This document shows positions 13,118 through 24,567 of a stretch of 64,000 nucleotides of DNA, one piece after another. Under the pieces are notes generated by a model. That model worked only from the letters and a program-made list of their open reading frames with translations, did not search any database and had not been told where the DNA came from. The position numbers and the translations under genes are program-made. How positions within the stretch are numbered: the stretch's first letter is position 1; the number at the start of each line of letters is the position of its first letter. This DNA comes from Camelus dromedarius (lineage: Eukaryota), in the NCBI RefSeq assembly GCF_036321535.1, contig NC_087436.1, forward strand, positions 84,694,001 through 84,758,000, in the 5' to 3' direction.

Positions 13118-15499
13118 GGGGAGAGGGATTCTGGGAGGATGGCAGAGAATCTGTCTCCCTACCTAGAAAACAACTGTACTGGCAGAACCTGTTTGATGCA
13201 ACTATTTTGGAAGCCAGGAATCTCTTGAAAGCTTAAAATTTCCAGGGGAAGACCTGGACTGTAAATTCTGGTCAATTTCAGCAATTATAGCTCTTGGCAC
13301 CACGGCAGTTATCCGTCCCCCACCCTCAGCCACATGGCAGGCAGCTGTGCATGGTTCCTAGAGCAGATTGCACACAGCATGAAAGAGCCAGGGTAGGCAA
13401 AAAGGGCTCTGCCCCCGCCAAATACTGGGGAGCTGTGCTGTGATTGCTGATTGCTACTCCTGACCACAGAGGTGCAGGCAAAGGGGCTGGCAGCCATTGT
13501 TGCTATATCTCTTCCCATTGTTGTAAGCTCCTCTCCCTGTGGCTGAAGTGACTTCTGGGAACTTAAAAGGCTAATACCCATTTCCACCCTCCTTTTTTCA
13601 CTTTCTTTCCTTTTGGGAGTCAGACATTGAAGACCAGGATATCCAAAACCAACTGCATATATGGGAAAAATTAGAAGTGATCACATATACCCTGGGAAAG
13701 GTTCAGAAAAGACCTTAGAAGACATTAAGTTTACACTTCAGGCTAATTCTCAGCACAGGGACAACCTACAACAATCAAAACAACAACAAAATAACAGAAG
13801 ATAGTGAACCCCGGGGGATAGGGAGACTCTGATTTCCAGAGTTAGACTCAAATGTCCAGTGTTCAACAACAACAAAATCACATGGCTTACAAAGAAACAG
13901 GAAAGCAAGGTCCATTCAAAGGAAAAAATAAATCAGTAGACTAGTAACTGTCCCTGAGAGACCTAATGACAGATATACTAGACAAAGACTTCAAAACAAC
14001 TATCTTAAAGATGCTCAAGAAACTAAAGGAAGAGGTGGAGAAAGTTAAGAAAAGAATGTGTGAACAAAATGGAGATATCAATAAAGAAATACAAAATCTA
14101 AAAAGAAATTCTGGAGCTGAAAAGTACAGTAACAGAAATGAAAAATTCACTAGATGGATTCAAAGGTAGATTTAAGCAGGCAGAGAGAGAATTCATGAAC
14201 TCGAAGACAAGCAATAGAAATTATTAAGGCTGAGGAAAAGAAAGAAAAAAAGATTGAAGAAGAGCAAAGAGAACCTAAGGGACCTGTGGAATACCATCAA
14301 GCTAACCAACATATGCATCATGAGAATCCTAGAGTGAGGAGAGAGAGAAAGGAAAGGGACAGAAAGAATATTAGAAGAAGTACTGGCTGAAACTGCACAA
14401 ATTTGATGAAAGACATAAATATAAAAATCCCAAAAGTTCAATGAATATCAGCTAAGATGAACTCAGAGACCACACCAAGACACAATGATTAACAAACCAA
14501 AAGACAAAGAGAGAAACGTTAAAGCAGCAAGAGAGAAGCAAATCACCACATACAAGGGGTCCTCAACAGGATTATCAGCAGATTTCTCACGGGAATTTTG
14601 GAGGCCAGAGGGCAGTGGGCTTGTATATTCAATGTGCTAAAAAACAAACAAAAAACACTGTCAACCAAGAAACCAATATCCACCAAAACTGTCCTTCAAA
14701 AGTGAGGGAGAAATTAAGACATTCCCAAATAAACCAAAACTGAGGGAGTTTATGACCACTAGACCTGATCTGCAAGAAATGCTCAATAGAGTCCTGCTAG
14801 TTGAAATGAAAGGACACTACAGACAGTAACTCAAAGCTGTATGAAGAAATAAAGATCTCAAGAAAGGTAACCACATGAGCAATTATAAAAGCTAGTATTA
14901 TCATAACAATGGTTTGTAACTATACTTTTTGTTTGCTTTCTACATGATTTAAGAGAAAAAATAATTACTAATGTAAAAGCTAGTGTTACTGTAACAATGT
15001 GTGTAACTCCAAATATTGATTTCTATGTAAGTTAGGAGATGAATGCATTTAAAAGAATTATTAGAGTACGTTTTTTGGCACACAATAAACATAAAGATGT
15101 AATTTTATGACAACAACAACCAAAAGGGGTGGGGAAAGAGCTGTAAAGGAGCAGTTTTTGTATGTTATTGAAGTTAAGCTAGTATAAAATCTAATTAGAG
15201 TATTACAATCTTAGGATGTTAAATGTAATCCCCATGGTAACTGCAAAGAAAATAGCTACAGAATATACACAAAAGGAAATGGGAAAGGACTTTAAACATT
15301 TGACTATAAAAAAATCAACTAAACAGAAAAAGACAGTAATGTAGGAAATGAGAGATAAAAAAGCCTGAAGGCAAATAGAAGACAAATAACACAATGACAG
15401 AAGTAAATCCCTACCTATCAGTAATCACTTTAAATGTAAATGAATTAAACTCTCCAATCAAAAGACACAGATTGGCAGAATAGATAAAAACACATGACC

Positions 15500-15985
15500 C
15501 AGGAATAGGTTCCTTATTTATGATTGTTCAGTTTACAGTGTTTTGACCTTACGATGGTGTTAAAGTGATACTCATTCAATAGAAATTGTAGTTCGAATTT
15601 TGGACTTTGATCTTTCCCTTGGCTAGAGATATGCGGGATGATACTCTCTCATGATGCTGGGCAGTAGCAGCGAACTGCAGCTCCTAGTCAGCCACAAAAT
15701 CATGAGGCTAAACAAGCAATACACTTAATAACCATTGTGTTTTTCACTTACAGTTCAGCAGTCAATGAATTACATGAGATATTAAACACTATTATAAAAT
15801 AGGTTTTGGGTCAGATTACTTTGCCCAGCTGTAGGCCAATGTAAATGAGTACATTTAAGATAGGCTAGGTTAAGCTGTGATGTTCAGTAGGTAAGGTATA
15901 TTAAGTGCTTTTTCAACTTACGATATTTTCAGCTTATGATGAGTTTACTGGAACATAACCCCATTGTAACTCAAGGAAGACCTAT
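15500..15985. mobile_element. Tigger5/MER47-like DNA transposon nested in the L1 endonuclease region
   Basis: cttacgatggtg...aggctaggttaagct...aacttacgatattttc...cccattgtaactcaaggaagacct; the flanking L1 endonuclease sequence is discontinuous. Confidence 0.8.
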
Positions 15986-17730
15986 AACAGTTGGAGACTT
16001 CAGTACTCCACTCACAATAAATGGGTAGGACAACCACACAGAAGGTAAATAAGGAAAGAGAGGATTTAAACAACAAAATAAACCAACAAGATCTAACAGA
16101 CATACAGAACACTTTACGCAACAAGTACACATGGGACATTTTCCAGGACAGACCTTCTGTTAGACAACAAATTAAGTCTCAACAGATTTTAAAGACAGAT
16201 ATCATACAAAGAGTCTTCTCTGACCACAACAGGATAAAGTAAGAAATCAATAACAAAAGTAAAAGTGGAAAATTCACAAAACTGTGGAAATTAAACAAAA
16301 CACTTTTAAACAACCAATGGATCAAAGAAGAAATCACAAGGGATATTTAAAAATGTTTAGAGATTAATGAAAGTGAAAACACAACATACCAACATTTATG
16401 GGACACAGCAAAAGCAGTGCTAGGAGGGAAATTATTAGCTATAAATATTTACATTAAAAAATGAGAGTTCAAATCAACAACCTAACTTTACAACTTAAAG
16501 AACTAGAAAAAGAACAAACTAAACCCCAAACTAGCAAAGGTAAGGAAATAATCAAGATTAGAGCAGAGAGAAATGAAACAGAGAATAGTAAAATAGAAAA
16601 GAATATCAATGAAACCGAAAGTTGGTTCTTTGAAATGATCAACAAAATTGACAAACCTTTCATTGGACTAAGAAAAAAAGATAAAAGATTCAAATTACTA
16701 AAATCAGGAATGAAAGTGGGCCATTACTACTAATTCTACAGAAATAAAAAGTATTAGAAGAGAATACTATGATCAGTTGTTTGCCAAAAAATTGGATAAC
16801 CTAGATGAAATGGACAAATTCCCTGAAACAAACAAACAAACAAAAAAAACTACCAAGATTAAATCATGGGGGAAAATCTATATTGCTTTTATTCTCTAAA
16901 TTATTTGTTATTGGTCTATTCAGATAAAAACCCACAGAAAACATCATACTCAATGGCAAAAGACTGAAAGTTTCCCCCCTAGTATCAGCAACAAACCAAA
17001 GATGTCTGCTTTCACCACTTCTATTCCACATAGTCCTGGAAGTTCTAGCCAGAACAATTAGACAAGAAAAAGAAAAAAAGGCATCCAAATTGGAAAGAAA
17101 GAAAGATGTAAAATTATCTCTGTAGAAAACCCTAGCGACTCCACAAAAAAGCTGTTAGAAAAAATGAATTCAGCAAAGTAGCAGGATACAAAGTTAGCAC
17201 ACAAAAATCAATTGTATCTCTACACACACAATCAACAATCTGAAAAGGAAATTACAAAAAAATTCCATTTACAATACCATCAAAAAGAATAAAATACATC
17301 ACAATTAACTTAACCAAGACAGTGTAGACTTGTATAATGAAAACTGCAAAACACTGCTAAAAGAAATTAAATAAAAATAAATGGAAACACATCCCATGTT
17401 CATGGATTTGAAGACTTGATATTGTTAAAATGTCAATACTACTCAAAGCCATCTACAGATTCAATGCAATCCCTATCAAAATCCCAATGATGATTTTTGG
17501 CAAACATAGAAAACTTATCCTAAAATTCATATGGAATCTCTAGGAGCTCCTAATAGCCAAAACAATCTTGAAATAGAAGAACAAAACTGGAAGACTCACA
17601 CTTCCTAATTTCAAAACATAATACAAAGCTATAGCCATCCAAACAATGCAGTCATAAGGAAAGACGTATAGACCAATGGAATACAACAGAGAGCCCAGCA
17701 ATAAACTATTGCACATAGGGTCAAATGATA

Positions 17731-17851
17731 TTGGGGGGGGTAATATTTATTTTATTTATTTATTATCATTATTATTTTCTATTTGACAGAGGAACTGGGG
17801 ATCAAACCCATGCTAAAAATGTACTCTACCACTGAGTTATACCCTCCCCCG
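17731..17851 (-). mobile_element. Vic-1-type SINE nested in L1 ORF2
   Basis: ctctaccactgagttataccctcccc; TSD ggtcaaatgat. Confidence 0.85.
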
Positions 17852-19789
17852 CAGGTCAAATGATTTTTAACAAGGGCACTAAGATCATTCAATGCAGAAA
17901 GAACAGTCTTTTCAACAAATGGTGCTAGGAAAAGTTGACATCCACATGCAGAAAGATGAAGCTGGACCCTTACCTAACACCACATACAAAAATTAACTCA
18001 AAATGAATCAAGGACCAAACTGTAAGATCTAAAACAATAAAATTCTTAGAAGAAAACATAGGACAAAAGCTTCACAATATTGGATTTGGCAATGATTTCT
18101 TGCATATGACCACAAAGACACAGGTAACAAAAGAAAAAACAGACACATTTGATTTTATGAAAAATTTTAAATTTTGTGCATCAAAAGACACTATCCACAG
18201 AATAAAAGAGCAACCACAGAATAGAAGAAAATATTTGCAAATCATATATCTGATAAGGGATTAAAAGCCAAAATATATAGAGAACTCCTAAAACTTGACA
18301 ACAAAAAAGCAAACAATCTGATTCAAAAGTGGGAAAGCAACTTGAGCAGACATATCTCCAAGGAAGATACAGGAATGGCCAATAAACACATGATAAGATA
18401 TTCAAGTTCTAATTATTAGGGAAAAGCAAATCAAAAACAAGATATCACTTCACATCTCTCAGGATGGTCACTATAAAAAAAAAAAACAATAGTTGGCAAG
18501 GATGTAGAGAAATCAAAACCCTTGTGCTTTGCTGGTAGGAATTTAAAATGGTATAGTCAACATGGAAAACAGTATGGTGATTCCTCAAAAAATAGAATTA
18601 CCATATGATCCATCAATTCCATTCCTAGGTACATATCCAAAAACACTGAAAGCAGGTTCTCACAGAGATATTTGTACACCCATGTTCAAAGCAGCATTAT
18701 TTACAACAACCAAAACATGGAAGCAGCCCAAGTGTTCATCACCAGATGAATGGATTTTTTTTAAATGTATTATATTCATACAATGGAATCTTATTCAGCC
18801 ATAAAGAATAAAGGTCTGATATATACTACAACATAAATAAATCTTGAAAACATCATTCTGAATGAAATAAGTCAGCCACAAAAAGACATATTATGTGATC
18901 CCACTTACATGAGGTACCTAGAATAGGCAAATTCACAGAGATAGAAAGTGGATTAGAGGTTACCAGGGGATGGGGGAAATGAGGAGTTGTTGATAACAGA
19001 TACAAACAGAGTTTCTGTTTGGGATGTGAGAAAGTTCTGGAAGTAGATGGGGTGATGGTTGCGTAACATTTTGAATGCCCCTAATGTCAATAAACTGTAC
19101 ACTTAAAAACGGTTAAAATGGTAAACTGTATAAATATTTTACAATAAAAATATTTTTTAACATTTGGAGGGGAAAGAATATTGGAAATTCAGATATAATG
19201 AGCTAATCAAATATTAACATGACCTGTTAGTACAAGGTTCAAACAGAATTCCCTTTCTTTTTTCCCTCCTTCCTTCCTTCCTTCCTTTTTCTTACCTCTC
19301 TTTCTTAAGCTCTATAGCACAACTAAACATTCTGAGGAAGGTAGATGCATGAGGGAACTATAATGAGAATTTAATTTTAAAACGATAAATCATATTGCAA
19401 CAGGGACTGGCAGAATGAGGCAATCTAGAGCAGGGGTTATAAACAACCAGCAGGCAAGAACCAAAGACTAGGAGGTATTTCTATCTTCAGGAGGAGGGGG
19501 AACGAAGAGAAGACAAAAATACATGTGCAAGCCCCAAATTTGTAAGTCATCTGGTTCTAGAACAACTCCTTGTAACTATCTTCACGGATAAGATAAGCTA
19601 AATAATTCAGGCAGGGCCAGTGTCACTGGCTGTGAACGGCTAGGCAAGGAAGCAAAGCAACAGCCTGGATTCCACGCCAGCGTAAGGTCAGGGATCCCAC
19701 CTTACACTCTCTCTGAGAGTAGTTTACCGCTCACTCTAGCTTCCCAACACTGCAGACCTAACTTGTGGGAAATCAACTTAAAACTCCAT

Positions 19790-20150
19790 GTGTAAACAAC
19801 ATGTTTCTACTGCACAGCACAGGGAACTATATTCAATACCTTGGGGGAGGTGGGTATAGCTCAAGTGGTAGAGCACATGCTTAGCAAACATAAATAAATA
19901 AATAAGTCAGGTTTACTACCTAACTACCTCCCCAAAAAAAGTAAAGTTTTTTTTAAATAATAAATTTAATTTTTAAAATTAAAAAACATTTTAAAGATCT
20001 TGTATGAACCTATAATGAAAAAGAATATGAAAAGGAAGATAGGTATGTATATGTATGACTGAAACATTATGCTGTACACCAGAAACTGACACAACATCGT
20101 AAACTGACTATACTACAATTTTTAAAAATGGAAAAAAATAAAGTAAAATA
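19790..20150 (+). mobile_element. L1 3' tail with a nested, internally deleted Vic-1 SINE (19843 to about 19985)
   Basis: cacagggaactatattcaatacc | SINE head | cttgtatgaacctataatgaaaaagaatatg. Confidence 0.8.
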
Positions 20151-21079
20151 AAACTTCCTGTGAATGGTCCTTGATACACTGTTAAGTCCAGATTTCCCAA
20201 CCTAACAGTGCATGTCAAGAACAAGACAGTTTTAAGCATCCTCTTCTGAGGATTACTGTGCAACTGTTTCACATCTCCAAGGAAAAGGTTTAGGGCCAAA
20301 GACGTGATTTGATATGAATCATCTATAAAATAAACTTCTTAAGACCTCAGGAAAGACCCAGCTTATTAAGGATTCTTTTTTTAGAAAAAACATAATGCCA
20401 CTGTTATGATTATAACTGGCAGAAATGGTCTCCTAAGATGCATTCCAACTCTAATTAAAACAAGGCTGTCCCAGAGCTCCCACTTAATTTTAATTTATAT
20501 TAAAATAACTTAGAAGAGCCATCTGATATATTGCACTACCACCCTAAATCTCGTTGCTTAAACGCTTCCCCTTCCCTAAGCCACAAGCTTTGAAATGGAT
20601 AATGCGCTGGCGGATGAGGTGGAGGATTACCAACACAAGGGGCATTCTTTCAGAACACTGAAGAAATTGTTTTCTAAAATGAGATTATGCTGTACTTAGT
20701 CGAGCTATTTCAAAGATGGAGTGCTCAAAGGAGTCTGCCCATCAATAACCATTAGTGGTGGAACGCTAATCAAAACTGTAAGAACAACATCTATTTGGAA
20801 ACTGACTTTAATCAATGTTGAAGAAGAGACTGAACTCCCATAGCTTTTCACTTAATTATACGTATGATTCGAGATCTGGAAGAGACTCCAAATATTCCCA
20901 TGGCTTCTTTCACTTCATTCAAAGTTCTCCGGGCTGCTCTCTCTCAAAACAGGACCACGTTTCACTCCGCTCGCTCAGCTGGATTTTCCTTCTAGTACTT
21001 ATCACCACCTGATGCTGTATTATACACATACACCGGAAGATCATCTCCACAGCAAAGGGCCCTGACTGTATGTCTGCTT

Positions 21080-21215
21080 TTGGGGGGGGGGTGTAATTAA
21101 GTTTAATTATTTACTATTCATTCATTCATTCATTTTAATGGAGGTACTGGGGACTGAACCCAGGACCTCATGCACACTAAGCACACGCTTTACCACTGAG
21201 CCATACCCTGTCCCC
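21080..21215 (-). mobile_element. Vic-1-type SINE
   Basis: ggaggtactggggactgaacccaggacctcatgc...taccactgagccataccc. Confidence 0.88.
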
Positions 21216-22779
21216 TGTATGTTTTCTTTCATATCCCAGCACCAACAACAGCACCTGGCACAGACCAAGCTCCTGGTAACTACTGTATTTGTTTACTGAT
21301 TGACTGGATAACTCTTGCCCTGCCCTTTTGTTTTATACATGCGATTATCTGAGGCCCAGAGAAGTAAAGTGACTTGCCCACGGTCACTAAGTTAATTAGA
21401 GGGAAACCTGGCCTTTGAAACAGGCTTAACTTCCAGTCATCCTTCCAGATTATGTACAATTACATCACTCCTTGCTTCTGATAGCTCCCCCAAGTGCCTG
21501 AAAAATGTTGGCACTCTTTAGCCTTTCAAATCTCTCTTTGTAGTCTTGCCTCCCACCACTCTCTGCCATGCCTGATGTTCCTGCCACCTCAGTATACCAT
21601 GGCTCTCACGCTTGCTTTATCTTTGCTCACTCTGTTCCCTACCTCTACAATACCCTTCCAGTCCTCTCCATCTTTCAAAACTCTACCCAGCTTTCAAGAT
21701 CCAGCTCAAATATCACTTCCTCTGTAAGCTACCTCCTTATCTTTCTTCATTCTCTCCTTCACCAAAACACCCCTTCCTCTGAGTTCCCACAGCACTTCGA
21801 CCTTCTATCGTAGCACGCTTTACATTCTGCCTTGTCTTTCTTCTTTATTAGACTGTGAGTTCTTCATTTTTATATTCACTAGCAACTCCACAGTGCCTGG
21901 TATGAACCTCTGGATCTGGGAAAGGAGGAGGAATTCAGGGTACAAGTGCTACCCTTCCACGTTCAATGTGACTCCCCACGGGGCAACACACCTCCCAACA
22001 TCCCAAATGACTGTCCCAGAGACACAAAGGAAAAAAGCTGGTTACTGCTAGAAACGGGACATGACATTAAACATGACAGCACATGAAATCAGCTAGTGAA
22101 TTGTAGAACATAAACCCTAATGCATTCATTCATTCAACCTGCAGCAATGCAAAAATGCTACCTTCTTTTCTCAACTAGAAACTACAACCAAAGTTCACAT
22201 TCAAGTGACTTGTACTCCCCCCTCAACTTTGTTCTTTTGGTGCTATGTCCATAGTGCCCAGCCCAGGGTGCACAGTACTCAACACATGTCTGCTTACATA
22301 AGATAAACTGGGTTTACAATGACTCACTGTAAACTGGGGTTACAATGAGATGTGGATGGTCATGGTATTTCTCATTAAACTTCATACCACAGTTACTTAT
22401 GTTGCCCTACTCCAAGGTAACCATTCAAAGGTTGCTCTCTTGTTTTGTTTCTCTGTACCTAGGATCAAACCTGAGTTGTTCATAACAGACAAAAAGCATA
22501 GGAAAATGATGATCCAGAAATACTTCTATAAGGAAGTGGCTGTATATCTTCTCTAAGCCTCCACACCACTCCTACTAAAAGGATAAATTCATGTACATTA
22601 CCAACTAGTATGGACGATGAGATTAACTGAAGTGTCAGGGGTTGCCTGACAAAGTTGTTCACGAGTTGTCACAGATAACAAACTGATAGTAACTTAGCAC
22701 GCTGTGGGCAGAAAAAAGAAAGGCTAGATCTGAAACTGCATAACATAACAACATAACACCTTTAAGATGTTCATTTGAA

Positions 22780-23466
22780 TGCCTCAAAAGACTGGGAATA
22801 GACTTACCAGATGACCCTGGAATCCCGCATGTATCCAGAAGGAACCCTACTTCAAAATGACAACTGCACCCCAATGTTCACTGCAGCACTATTTACAATA
22901 GCCAAGACATGGAAACAGCCTAAATGTCCATCAACAGATGACTGGATAAAGAAGATGTGGTATATTTATACAATGGAATACTATTCAGCCATAAAAACCG
23001 ACAGCATAACACCATTTGCAGCAACATGGATATTCCTAGAGAATGTCATTCTAAGTGAAGTAAGCAGAAAGAGAAAGAAAAATACCATGAGATCACTCAT
23101 ATGCAGAATCTAAAAATAAATAAATACATAAATACATAAATACATAAATCAATCAATCAATCAATAAATAAGTAAATAAATACAAAACAGAAACAGGCTC
23201 ATAGACATAAAATACAAACTTGTGCTTGCCAGGGGGATGGGGGGTAGGAAGGGACAGACTGGGATTTCAAAATGTAGAATAGATAAACAAGATTGTACTG
23301 TGTATCACAGGGAAATGTATACAGGATCTTGTGGTGGCTCACAGCAAAAAGAGAATGTGACAATGAATATATGTATGTTCATGTATAACTGAAAAATTGT
23401 GCTCTACACTGGAATTTGACACATTGTAAAATGACTATAACTCAATAAAAAAAAATGTTAAAAAAA
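22780..23466 (+). mobile_element. Younger 5'-truncated L1 (ORF2 C-terminus plus 3'UTR)
   Basis: ORF 22811..23113 [47 protein letters not shown] atgttcatttga on both sides. Confidence 0.92.
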
Positions 23467-24245
23467 ATGTTCATTTGAGCTGCCTATGTTGATTAGGAAA
23501 ACAAAAAATCTCCACTAAAAATAACAAATTTGGTCCTGAGGTTTTCTTCCTTTTTATCATTGCCAGTTAAAGACTATTATGTCAGAAAACTAACAGGAAG
23601 CCCCCATTCTGGCGCCAGAGCTTGGCAGCACCCAATCCTGGCTACTTCTTCGTCTGGGACATAAGACACATCCATGGGTAAGAGATGGTGACTAACAGCT
23701 CATAAGCTCTTTCTTCAGAACACGGGCTAAGTAATCTCTCTTCACGGCAGTTCTCCTCCTTCCAAAACGAATACAGCCTGACAAGCTTGCTGCTTGGTCC
23801 TTAAGGTTCATTCAAAACTTTGCAACAAGAAATATATATCGAAGTACCCACCCAAATGAGCACCACATCTCTTTTATCCCAGAGTTACAACTGTTAATGT
23901 CTAATCATTTAATGTGCTCTTCTCAGAACTGAATAAAGCTAGAGGGTCTCTGACCTATATAGGACAGACCCTAAATAGCAACATTATAAATGAAACCAAG
24001 CACCTCTCCTATATACACACACACCCCTCGCATAATACCTAACACGCAATGACTTAGACGCAGACCTTGCAACATACGGTAATTGCCATGGACTAAATGG
24101 TGTTTTAATGGTTCAAAGAGTCCCCATTTTCTTGAGCACCTAACCCATTAGCAGGGAGAGATTACAGGCAGTGGAAAGAACTCAGCTCAGTTACTTAACC
24201 TCTGAACTTAGCCTTCTCATCTGTAAAATGAAGGGATGGTCTAGA

Positions 24246-24567
24246 ACAACACTGCCTAAGAGAAATATAACGCAAGTCACATAGGCAGGTTTTAATTTTC
24301 TAGGAGGCACATTTTAAAAAATTAAAAAAAGGTTAAAATTAACTTGAATGATGTTTTTAGTCAATCTAACATAGCTAAAACATTTTTTTCAACATGTTAC
24401 CGGTATTTTAAAATTATCAATAACATATTTTACTTTTTTTTTTTCATACCAAGTGTTTGGAATCTGGTGCTTATTTAAACTTAGGGCACATTCCAATTTG
24501 GACAGGCCACATTGCAAATGCTCAATAGCCACAGGGGACCAGTGGCTACAGGTACAGACAGCACAGG
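24246..24567. mobile_element. MER33/MER3-like hAT element inserted into a MIR
   Basis: agaaatataacgcaagtcacata...ctcaatagccaca...agtggctac; ggtctaga repeated on both flanks, consistent with an 8-bp hAT TSD. Confidence 0.75.

Larger units (their letters stand above)
13118..19150 (+). mobile_element. Near-full-length decayed L1 (L1MB-like): 5'UTR, ORF1 at about 13.9-14.8 kb, ORF2 from about 15394, 3'UTR
   Basis: ORF1 fragment DKDFKTTILKMLKKLKEE; ORF2 fragments SWFFEMINKIDKP and ELPYDPSIPFLGTYP...[12 protein letters not shown]1MB-type 3'UTR; many stops and frameshifts. Confidence 0.92.

Noticed and set aside
13118..19150. Active or domesticated L1
   Set aside because: Many stops and frameshifts, nested insertions, and RT deletions including FADD.
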